The position numbers and the translations under genes were made by a program. 38,385 nt of DNA, from positions 1-38,385 of the IMG/VR virus record IMGVR_UViG_3300033434_000395; one strand, 5' to 3'. Source of the DNA: a virus (lineage: Duplodnaviria > Caudoviricetes). The first letter of the stretch is position 1; each line of letters starts with the position of its first letter. The notes beneath the pieces were generated by a model that had not been told where the DNA came from, searched no databases, and saw only the letters and a program-made list of their open reading frames with translations. Shown here one piece after another: positions 26,085 to 34,371 of this stretch.

Positions 26085-28389
26085 GTCTAAAACCCTTTCG
26101 CTTGGCATCGTTCTTACCGCGTTGGGCGCCGGCTCGGTAATGGGCGTCATCGGTGGCGTTAGCGACCGCATATCCAGTATAGGCCGGACCGTCGAAAAAC
26201 TGCAAGGGCAGCAAAAAACAGCCCTTGCGGCGATGGATCGCGAATGGGTTTGGGGCGGAAACTCAGTCAAAAAATACCTCGACCAGGTCGAAAAGCTCGA
26301 CCGTAAAATCGAGACTCTTAGCCAGCGAAAAATCAAGCTGGAGGCGCTTGGCGCGGCACATGCTGCAAACCGCGCCGACTTGAATTCAAGGATGGGCGAC
26401 GTCGCCGCGGCTTACGGCATCGGCAAAATGATGGGCACCCCAATCGGCGCGTTCGTCCGTCAGGATGACGCGCTGAACTCGCTTGAAGTCGCCATGATGG
26501 AGCGCGGCGGAAAAATTGACGCCACATATGGCAAGCTGAGATCGCAGATTGTCGAACTCGGTAATAAATTGCCTGGCACCACCGCCGACTACGCCAACCT
26601 GACCACTACAATGCTCAGCCTCGGCATCCCGGCCAAAAACCTGCTGGGCGGAGCACTGGACGCTGCTGCAAACCTGCGCGTTGTGTTGAAAATGACGTCT
26701 GAATCTGCCGGTGAAACGGTGGTCAAGCTGCGCGAGGCATACAACCTGACGGACGCTGAGCTGGCAAAAACGGCCGACATCACCCAGCGCGCCAAGTTCG
26801 CCTTCGGCATGAAGCCCGAAGATTTGCGTGTGGCCGCATCGTACCAGGCGGCACAGTTGAACATTCTGCACCTCTCCGGCGCGGAGAACATGAAGAAAAT
26901 GCTGGTCATGCAAGGCATGGCCAACTTGAAAGGCCTGGACGGATCTAGCTTTGGCACGAACATGAGCATGATGCTGACCAGGCTTGCGCTCGGCCCCAAA
27001 ATGCTGGAAATGGCAAAGCGCGGCATGAAAGGCGTCGGCAAGGACATTCTTTCCGACCTGAAGATCACGTTCGATTTTTTCGATAAAAAAGGAAACTTTC
27101 GCGGCCTCGACGCGATGATCAAAGAGTTTGAGAAATTCAAGCTCATCGAGGCGAAATACGGGCAGAAAGGCGTTTCCATTGTCAGCAACGCGTTGTTCGG
27201 CATTGAAGCCGCCCGGCCAGCGATGATTCTGGCCGAATACGGCTCAAAAGGATATGCCGAGGCGCAAAAACGGTTTGATGAACAAGCCAGCTTGCAAGAG
27301 CGCATCGGGAAAACATTGCAAAGCAGCAGAAATACATGGGAAGCACTCACCGGCTCGGTTGAGAACTTCGCTGCTGCAGCGGTCGGCCCGGCAGTCCAAT
27401 CACTTCACCCCTTGATCAACGGGCTGAATACACTAGCCGGGAATTTGACCGATTTCGCGGAAGCCAACCCGAAACTGGCGAAGTATCTGGGCCTGACCAT
27501 TGCGACAGTAGCCGCCGGAACGGTCGCATTTCTTGGCCTTGGCGTGGCCATGTCGTTTTTCCGTTTCGCCGTGACCGGGGCGCAGCTCATCCCCGGCGTA
27601 CTTTCACTGGGCCGTGGGCTGACCTGGCTTGTTGGCATCGTGCGCGGCGGCGCGCTGCTGAGCGGGTTGCGCGCCATTGGCCTTGGTTTCCTGTTCATGG
27701 GCAAGATGATGCTGCTCAGCCCGGTAACTTGGATTCTTGGCGCCGTGGCGTTAATTGCTGGCGGTGCCTACCTGATTTACCGGAACTGGGACAGGATCGG
27801 CCCATTGTTTGGCCGGGTGTGGAACACGGTGAAATCATGGACGAACAGCGCCATCAGCTGGTTCACCAGCCTGCCGGAGCGGTTCTATGAGTTCGGCACG
27901 AATATTGTTACCGGCCTAATCAACGGCATCACATCCAAGTTCGCAGCGCTGAAAAAATCGGTCGTCGCAATGGGCGCATCGGTCGCAGAAACGTACCAGG
28001 CGCATCTCGGCATTCATTCCCCTTCACGTGTGTTCATCGGATTCGGTCAGAACATTGGCGAAGGCGCTGCGATCGGCATCAGTAGCTCATCGCGCCGCGC
28101 GCGCGCCGCCGCCGCCGGCATGGCGTTGGCAACTGCCGCCGCATGGGGCCAGCCGCAATTGGCTGCCGATTTTTCAAGCCGAGTAGGCAAAGCTAACGCG
28201 AGCCTGAATAGTGGCGGCAATAGCATGGCGATCACGTTCGCGCCGCAGATAACCGTTCAAGGCGGCGACCCTGCCGCGATGCGTGGCCAGGTGAACCAGG
28301 CCATGCAGATGTCGTTTGAGGAATTCGAGCGTTTTATGCGGCGCTATCAGAAAGAAGGTGGCAGAACGGCATACGGGAGGAACGCCTGA
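26083..28389 (+). CDS. Tail tape measure protein
   Basis: 768 aa, Ala/Gly-rich; LGNKLPGTTAD, LIYRNWDRI and LGIHSPSRVF motifs. Confidence 0.93.
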   Translation: MSKTLSLGIVLTALGAGSVMGVIGGVSDRISSIGRTVEKLQGQQKTALAAMDREWVWGGNSVKKYLDQVEKLDRKIETLSQRKIKLEALGAAHAANRADLNSRMGDVAAAYGIGKMMGTPIGAFVRQDDALNSLEVAMMERGGKIDATYGKLRSQIVELGNKLPGTTADYANLTTTMLSLGIPAKNLLGGALDAAANLRVVLKMTSESAGETVVKLREAYNLTDAELAKTADITQRAKFAFGMKPEDLRVAASYQAAQLNILHLSGAENMKKMLVMQGMANLKGLDGSSFGTNMSMMLTRLALGPKMLEMAKRGMKGVGKDILSDLKITFDFFDKKGNFRGLDAMIKEFEKFKLIEAKYGQKGVSIVSNALFGIEAARPAMILAEYGSKGYAEAQKRFDEQASLQERIGKTLQSSRNTWEALTGSVENFAAAAVGPAVQSLHPLINGLNTLAGNLTDFAEANPKLAKYLGLTIATVAAGTVAFLGLGVAMSFFRFAVTGAQLIPGVLSLGRGLTWLVGIVRGGALLSGLRAIGLGFLFMGKMMLLSPVTWILGAVALIAGGAYLIYRNWDRIGPLFGRVWNTVKSWTNSAISWFTSLPERFYEFGTNIVTGLINGITSKFAALKKSVVAMGASVAETYQAHLGIHSPSRVFIGFGQNIGEGAAIGISSSSRRARAAAAGMALATAAAWGQPQLAADFSSRVGKANASLNSGGNSMAITFAPQITVQGGDPAAMRGQVNQAMQMSFEEFERFMRRYQKEGGRTAYGRNA

Positions 28390-29291
28390 TGTTTGCCGTG
28401 CTTGGCCCAGTCGAATTTGACATGATTCCAGGGCTTGAAGAAATGGAGCAGCAATTCGGCATGGAGTATGCCGAGCACGCGCTCTTCGGCCGCAAACCTC
28501 GACTGCAATTTGTCGGCGAAAAGCTGGACGAAGTGCGTCTGACGATGCTGTTTCATTTCTCGTTCTGCGATCCGGAAGCGGAGCTTGAGGAGCTGAAGGA
28601 CGCAATGACGGCGCGCGAAGTGTTGCCGCTGGTTTTCGGCGCCGGCGATTATGCCGGCAGATTCGTGCTGACATCGCTGACAGTCACCGCGAAGCACAAC
28701 GCGCCGGATGGCACACCGTTGATAATCGGCGTGCAGGCATCCCTGCGCGAGTTCACGGGTGACCCGGCGCAGTCGCCACCGCCAGCCGTTATCCAGGCTG
28801 GCGGCGCCATGCCGGCGTCCGGCCGGTTGATCGCGTCCATGCCGACTGCAGCAATGTCACCATTGGCCAGCCTCGGGAAAGCAGTCACAGCCGCAAAATG
28901 CGCGCTGGTGCTTGCAGCAAATGCCGCCGTTGCCGTGAGGTCCATTCGCGCTATTGCATCGCATGATCCAGTCGCCGCGTTGGCACGCTTGCCGGCTGCA
29001 ATGCGGCTGGCAGGAGCCGCCTGGCCAGCATTAGGCTCAGCGTCGTACCTTACCGGTCGACAAACATTTTCAGGAATTTCCGCAGACACAGCGATTGTTT
29101 CCAGTAACACCGGGCTGATGCGATCTGACATGCGCATGCTTTCCGTTGGGCTGTCTGGCGTTACCTCGGCCAATTTGCTTTCCAGCCTAGCCGCAGCCGA
29201 CGCAATCGTGAACCGGTCTGATTCATTGCGCCAATCCACCACGCTGCCGCTGGCGCGAATGGCCGCCCGCTCGGCGATCCGGATGACGTGA
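28389..29291 (+). CDS. P2 gpU-like tail protein with Ala-rich C-terminal extension
   Basis: MFAVLG.VEF, YAEHALFGRKPRLQFVG.KLDE and SLREF motifs in the first ~130 aa. Confidence 0.85.
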   Translation: MFAVLGPVEFDMIPGLEEMEQQFGMEYAEHALFGRKPRLQFVGEKLDEVRLTMLFHFSFCDPEAELEELKDAMTAREVLPLVFGAGDYAGRFVLTSLTVTAKHNAPDGTPLIIGVQASLREFTGDPAQSPPPAVIQAGGAMPASGRLIASMPTAAMSPLASLGKAVTAAKCALVLAANAAVAVRSIRAIASHDPVAALARLPAAMRLAGAAWPALGSASYLTGRQTFSGISADTAIVSSNTGLMRSDMRMLSVGLSGVTSANLLSSLAAADAIVNRSDSLRQSTTLPLARMAARSAIRMT

Positions 29292-29297
29292 GGCGAT

Positions 29298-29510
29298 ATG
29301 TACATTGAGCATATAACGACTGAAGGTGACCGCTGGGATTTGCTCGCATGGCGGTATTACCGCGATGTGGCCCAGATCCAGAAGCTGATCGAGGCCAACC
29401 CTACCGCGCCGATTAGCGAAACGTTGCCAAGCGGGCTGACGTTGCTGATTCCTGTCATTGAGCAGGCGGAAACACAAAGCATCGAGGAGCTGCCACCGTG
29501 GAAGCGCTGA
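29298..29510 (+). CDS. Tail protein X (LysM-like)
   Basis: TTEGDRWDLLAWRYY...IEANP...LPPWKR. Confidence 0.9.
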   Translation: MYIEHITTEGDRWDLLAWRYYRDVAQIQKLIEANPTAPISETLPSGLTLLIPVIEQAETQSIEELPPWKR

Positions 29511-30550
29511 ATACCGTGCCCGAGCCGAAATTCGAGCTGTCCTATAACGGCAAGAACATTACGGCAGATATTTCACCGTATGTGGCCAGTGTTACCTATA
29601 TCGATCATCTTGAGGGTGAGGCGGACAGCATTGATATTGATCTGGAAGACTCCGACGGCCGCTGGCTTGATGCCTGGTATCCGGAAAAAGGCGCATCGCT
29701 GGCTTACAAATTCGGTTACGCGCACCAAAAACTTGCATCCGCGGGCAGTTTCGATTTGGACGAACTGGAGATTACGGGAACGACATCAGCGGTGCGCATC
29801 AAGGCACTGTCCGCCGGGGTACAAAAAGCGGTGCGCACACGTCGTGGGAAAGCCTACGAAAAGACGACGCTGGCGGCAATCGCGCAGCGCATTGCGAAGC
29901 GCAACAAAATGAAGCTGTCAGGCAAAATTGACCGAATTCAGATTGACCGGGTTACGCAGTATCAGGAAAGTGATCTGGCATTCCTGCACCGTCTCGCCGG
30001 TCAATACGGCTACGCATTCAAGGTGACTGATAACAATAAAAAAATGGTGTTTTGGAAAAGCACTGATTTGTTAGGCCAGAAGCCGATCCGCACATACACG
30101 CCCAACGATCTCCTGCCAGGCTGGCGCATTCGCGACAAAGTGTCTGACGTGCCTAACGCTGTCGTAATGAAGCACCACAACCGCAGAACCAGAAAAACCG
30201 TATCCGCCAAGGTTACGGCTGAACGTGCCGCGTCCGCCGGCACAAGCGGCACCGGCGCTACCAGCAGCGCGGATACCGTCAAGATTAATAGGCGTGTCAC
30301 TAGCAAGGCGAATGCTGAGGTGCAAGCACAGGCCGAACTGGATCGCCGGCACCTTGATCGCACTAGCGGAGAAATCATCGTGACCGGCGATCAGGCGCTC
30401 GCGGCCGGCGTGAATATCGAGCTAAAGGGGTTCGGCAAACTGTCCGGCATCTATACGATCCACCGCGCAACGCACACACATCGGCGCCACGGCGGTTATA
30501 CATCAATGATGGAAATCAAGCGGTCAGCACCTGCGGCCAACCAAAAATGA
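29498..30550 (+). CDS. Baseplate hub / late control gpD-like protein
   Basis: YIDHLEGEADSIDIDLED.DGRW and QYQESDLAFLHRLA..YG motifs. Confidence 0.9.
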   Translation: MEALNTVPEPKFELSYNGKNITADISPYVASVTYIDHLEGEADSIDIDLEDSDGRWLDAWYPEKGASLAYKFGYAHQKLASAGSFDLDELEITGTTSAVRIKALSAGVQKAVRTRRGKAYEKTTLAAIAQRIAKRNKMKLSGKIDRIQIDRVTQYQESDLAFLHRLAGQYGYAFKVTDNNKKMVFWKSTDLLGQKPIRTYTPNDLLPGWRIRDKVSDVPNAVVMKHHNRRTRKTVSAKVTAERAASAGTSGTGATSSADTVKINRRVTSKANAEVQAQAELDRRHLDRTSGEIIVTGDQALAAGVNIELKGFGKLSGIYTIHRATHTHRRHGGYTSMMEIKRSAPAANQK

Positions 30551-30975
30551 GCGATGACACATTCACCGAATCCGCGCCAACGCTGAAATTTGGCACTGTA
30601 TCCGCCGTCGATGAAGAAACCATGCGGGTGCGGGTGCGCCTGCCGGATCTCGATAATCTGCGCACGGACTGGCTCCCGGTTGGCGTTCGTAAAAGCAAGG
30701 ACGACAAGGATTATTGGCTGCCGGACATTGGCGAGCATGTGGCCGTGCTGCTGGACGGGAACGGTGAAGATGGCGTCGTTTTGTGTGCGATTTATTCAGA
30801 GGCGGACGCAGTTCCTGTAAAAAGCCGTGACAAATGGCACCGGCGGTTCAAGGACGGGACCACCATTGAGTACGACCGGTCAACCCACAAGCTGAGTATT
30901 TCGTGTGTGGGCGATATTGAACTTGCATCAGCGACGCATATCAGTTTGAAGGCGCCGCGCATTGATTTGAACTGA
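30547..30975 (+). CDS. Baseplate spike gpV (short)
   Basis: RVRVRLPD...TDWL, WLPDIGEHV.VL, GVVL.AIYS and FKDGT.IEYDR motifs. Confidence 0.9.
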   Translation: MSDDTFTESAPTLKFGTVSAVDEETMRVRVRLPDLDNLRTDWLPVGVRKSKDDKDYWLPDIGEHVAVLLDGNGEDGVVLCAIYSEADAVPVKSRDKWHRRFKDGTTIEYDRSTHKLSISCVGDIELASATHISLKAPRIDLN

Positions 30976-30976
30976 C

Positions 30977-31243
30977 ATGCCAGGGATATCGCGCATTGGA
31001 GTTGATTCTGCCGGTAGCACTATTGCTGGCGCACTGGTGCCAAGCGTGCTGGTCGATGGCGCGCCGGTTGCTGTCATCGGGGCCGCCGTGTCAGGCCACG
31101 GGCTGCCCCCGCACGCCGGGCCTGTAATGTCGACCGGGAGCGGGTCTGTGTTTGCGGGCGGCATTGGCGTTTGCAGGGCTGGCGATGCCGCAAGCTGCGG
31201 CCACGCCGCTTCTGGAAGCAGCGGCGTTTTTGCTGGCGGATAG
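30977..31243 (+). CDS. PAAR-family spike tip protein
   Basis: ISRIG.D / PVAVIG..V..H / GSGSVFAGGIGVCRAGD...CGH repeats with His/Cys ligands. Confidence 0.85.
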   Translation: MPGISRIGVDSAGSTIAGALVPSVLVDGAPVAVIGAAVSGHGLPPHAGPVMSTGSGSVFAGGIGVCRAGDAASCGHAASGSSGVFAGG

Positions 31244-31253
31244 CAGGCCGCCG

Positions 31254-31306
31254 CTTTTAAACTTGTTTAATAGATAGTTCATCCCCATTGCGGCAACATT
31301 GTCCGC
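31254..31306 (+). promoter_or_regulatory. Late promoter 4 (baseplate wedge/fibre operon)
   Basis: CTTTTAAACTTGTTTAATAGA-N19-CAACAT-N7-ATG(31307). Confidence 0.8.
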
Positions 31307-31666
31307 ATGACCCGGATCGCAGACATTCATTCCCTTCACTGGCAACCCGCGCTTGGCAGCGATGGCGTTGTTGAGAACGCGGACGATATCCACCAGGCAA
31401 TTCGCATCATTCTGCGAACGGTGAAAGGCAGTGACCCGCTGCGGCCTGAATTCGGTTCGAACCTTCACCTGTATATCGACTACCCGGTAAACCGGGCCAA
31501 ACCGCACGTCGTGCGCGAATGCGTTGACGCGATCAAACGCTGGGAGCCGCGCATTACCGTCGATAAGGTCGAATTTTATCTGGCCGGAGAATCCCGCGCA
31601 GTCGTCAAGGTGTATTGGAGTTACCTCAGCGGCGGCGCCAAAAACAGTACGGAGGTGCGACTGTGA
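31307..31666 (+). CDS. Baseplate gpW/gp25-like protein
   Basis: DIHQAIRIILRT.KGSDPLRPEFGS and AIKRWEPRI motifs. Confidence 0.92.
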   Translation: MTRIADIHSLHWQPALGSDGVVENADDIHQAIRIILRTVKGSDPLRPEFGSNLHLYIDYPVNRAKPHVVRECVDAIKRWEPRITVDKVEFYLAGESRAVVKVYWSYLSGGAKNSTEVRL

Positions 31667-32766
31667 GCACCTTACCCCAGTTTGTTTCGGAAGACAGCCA
31701 GGCCATTACGCAGGAGCTGATTACCGCTTACGAGGCGATGACCGGCAAAACGCTTTACCCGGCGCAGGTTGAGCGGCTGCTGATTGACCTGATGGCGTAC
31801 CGTGAAACGCTGGTTCGCGCTGCTATCAACGACACGGCGCGCCAGAATCTGGTGTCATTTTCCCGCGCGGCGATTCTTGATTATCTTGGCGAACTGGTCG
31901 GCGTGACACGCCTGGCAGCGAAATATGCCTCCACTACGGTACGGCTGACCTTTGCCGACGCACTGGATACTACCCTCACTATCGCCGCCGGAACGCGCGT
32001 TGAAACTGCAGGCGGGATTCAATTCCAGACCGAATCCGAAACAATCGTGGCCATTGGTGCCGTAACGGCTGATTTATCCGTGTCCGCGGTTGAGGCAGGA
32101 ACGTCCGGTAACGGGTATCTTGCCGGCCAAGTGAATGCGCTGGTCGACGATTTTGGCGTTGATGTCGAGGCTGTTGCCAACCTGTCTGTCACCAGCGGCG
32201 GCGCGGACGAAGAAAGCGATGATCGGCTGCGCGAACGGATCAAGCTGGCTCCGGAGGCATATTCGACTGCAGGATCGGTCCTGGCGTACCGCTTTCACGC
32301 CATGAGCGCTCATCAGAATATCGTCGACGTGGCCGTACTGTCATCTACGCCTGGCACGGTGCAACTGTACCCGCTGACGTCCGATGGCCTGCCCAGTGAA
32401 GCGATTATTTCCGCAGTCGATGAAATTTGCTCGAGCGAGAAAAAGCGACCGCTTTCCGATAACGTCGACGTGCTGCAACCTATTGAATCGGCATACACGA
32501 TATCGGCCAGATTGACCGTGTACCGTTCATATGACTCAGCGACCGTGCTGGCCAACGCACAGGCGCAGGCTGCATCATTCGTGGCCACCCAATCAGCCGC
32601 ACTTGGCCGCGACGTGGTGCCGAGCCAGATCAGCGCGGCGCTTTCCGTTGCCGGCGTTTACGAGGTCGTGCTGTTGTCGCCATCCGCAACGCTTCCTGTC
32701 GCCGAAAACGGCTGGGCGCATTGCACTGCAATCGACATCCAACTGGCGGGAGGGAATGATGGCTGA
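31663..32766 (+). CDS. Baseplate gpJ
   Basis: SD GGAGG before GTG; LDYLGELVGVTRL, GGADEESDDRLRER, STAGS..AY.FHA and RPLSDNV motifs. Confidence 0.93.
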   Translation: MSTLPQFVSEDSQAITQELITAYEAMTGKTLYPAQVERLLIDLMAYRETLVRAAINDTARQNLVSFSRAAILDYLGELVGVTRLAAKYASTTVRLTFADALDTTLTIAAGTRVETAGGIQFQTESETIVAIGAVTADLSVSAVEAGTSGNGYLAGQVNALVDDFGVDVEAVANLSVTSGGADEESDDRLRERIKLAPEAYSTAGSVLAYRFHAMSAHQNIVDVAVLSSTPGTVQLYPLTSDGLPSEAIISAVDEICSSEKKRPLSDNVDVLQPIESAYTISARLTVYRSYDSATVLANAQAQAASFVATQSAALGRDVVPSQISAALSVAGVYEVVLLSPSATLPVAENGWAHCTAIDIQLAGGNDG

Positions 32767-33310
32767 TGACGCCGTTCCTTCGGTTCTGGCTACGGATGAG
32801 CGATTTGGGCCGCTGGCAACCCTGTCCGGCCGCCTTCTGGAACTCGACCTGTCGCCGTTGCTGGTTTACCTGATTGATCTGGTCGACGCCGACGCCCTGC
32901 CATATTTGGCGGAGCAATTCCACGTCATGGGCAATGAAGGATGGGATTTTGCGGCTGACGACACCACACGGCGCGCGTTAATCAAATCCTCGATAGAGCT
33001 GCACCGCTACAAAGGTACGCCTTGGGCTATCAAACAGGCGCTGACTCGCCTTGGCCTGGAGCAGGTTTCTCTTGATGAAAAGCCTGAAGGCGCGCACTGG
33101 GCAGAATTCGACGCAAATATTACCGTGGTTGATCGCCCGTTAACAGAGTCCGTCTACCCACAAATCACAAGAATGATCGACGCCTACAAGCCGGCCAGGT
33201 CGCATTTGCGCCGCCTGATCGTATCCGCAGCATGCAAAGGTGTTTTTTTCGCTGGAATCGCATCCATCGCAGGCGATACGGTCACTGTTAAGCCACAAGG
33301 AGCGGCATGA
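32759..33310 (+). CDS. Baseplate/tail gpI (P2 I-like)
   Basis: LPYLAEQFHV, ELHRYKGTPWAIK and YKPARSHL motifs. Confidence 0.9.
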   Translation: MADDAVPSVLATDERFGPLATLSGRLLELDLSPLLVYLIDLVDADALPYLAEQFHVMGNEGWDFAADDTTRRALIKSSIELHRYKGTPWAIKQALTRLGLEQVSLDEKPEGAHWAEFDANITVVDRPLTESVYPQITRMIDAYKPARSHLRRLIVSAACKGVFFAGIASIAGDTVTVKPQGAA

Positions 33311-34041
33311 GCTACTACACCATACTGACGGCAATCGGCAGCGAAGAATTCGCCTATGCAGAGGCCAACCAGACAAAAATTCCATTTACGCATCTTGTGC
33401 TTGGCGATGGGAACGGCGCGGCTGTAACACCCGATGATTCGATGACGGCGCTCACAAACGAGGTCTACCGTATCGCCATCACCCGGTTGGCAGTCGATAG
33501 TGAGAACCCTAAGTGGATGATCATCGAGGCCGCCATTCCGGCAGATGTCGGCGGCTGGACGGTTCGGGAAATCGGGTTGATTGGCGGTCACAACGGCGGG
33601 ACGCTGTTGGCGGTGGGGAATTTCCCGGAAACCTACAAACCATTGCCAAACGAAGGCAGCGCCCGTGATCTTGTAGTGCGCATGATTGTGCAAGTTAGCA
33701 ATGCTTCCGTGGCGCAGCTGGTCATTGACCCGTCTGTCGCGCTGGCGTCCGCGCAGTTCGTAAATCATGCAATTACGGCACACGAGGCAAAGGCTGACCC
33801 GCACCCGCAATACATCGAAGTAGCAGAAAAAGCCGCCGCGAGTGGCGTGGCGCCGCTGGATGAGAACCGACGGGTACCGCTTGAACACCTGCCACCGGCC
33901 ATCGCAACAGATGAGGAGCTTGCCGCTTCTCTATACGCCCACGTTGATCCTGCAACCGACCCGCACCCGCAATACCTCACCAAGACCAGAGGCGATGAGC
34001 TTTATGGCCAGACGATTTCATATTTCATGGGGCAACTCTAA
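33307..34041 (+). CDS. Short tail fibre/collar protein (P2 gpH N-terminal type)
   Basis: YYTILT..G, LGDGNG, IPADVGGWTVREIGL and PETYKP...EGS motifs; two DPHPQY repeats; only 244 aa. Confidence 0.88.
   Translation: MSYYTILTAIGSEEFAYAEANQTKIPFTHLVLGDGNGAAVTPDDSMTALTNEVYRIAITRLAVDSENPKWMIIEAAIPADVGGWTVREIGLIGGHNGGTLLAVGNFPETYKPLPNEGSARDLVVRMIVQVSNASVAQLVIDPSVALASAQFVNHAITAHEAKADPHPQYIEVAEKAAASGVAPLDENRRVPLEHLPPAIATDEELAASLYAHVDPATDPHPQYLTKTRGDELYGQTISYFMGQL
33796..33975 (+). repeat. 18-bp direct repeat GACCCGCACCCGCAATAC (DPHPQY)
   Basis: Identical copies at 33796-33813 and 33958-33975. Confidence 0.9.
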
Positions 34042-34361
34042 TGGCCGGACTACTCGGAAAAAAGGCTCTCGCCGCAGACATCTATGAAACCGTTGCTATC
34101 AATGGTGACAAGGTTAAAACGGTCAATATTCGACTTATAAATCGTGACCTTGTCAAAGCTGTTTCCATCGTGCTGGCAATTTGCCCACCCACATATGTGG
34201 ATGGTGATGCGCCTGCAGATGAAGACCATTACGAGCCACCTGGCGTGACGGTTTTGCGTGGCGGCGGGGTTGAAAACACAGCCGTTGCGCTCTCGCCAGG
34301 AGAAAAAGTCGTGGCGCGTGCAAGCGCCGCTTGCGTCACCGTGCGCGTTCACGGAATGTAG
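34041..34361 (+). CDS. Fibre-cassette small beta-rich protein
   Basis: Start overlaps the upstream stop; C-terminal LSPGEKVVARAS...VTVRVHG. Confidence 0.75.
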   Translation: MAGLLGKKALAADIYETVAINGDKVKTVNIRLINRDLVKAVSIVLAICPPTYVDGDAPADEDHYEPPGVTVLRGGGVENTAVALSPGEKVVARASAACVTVRVHGM

Positions 34362-34371
34362 GGAGAAACAC

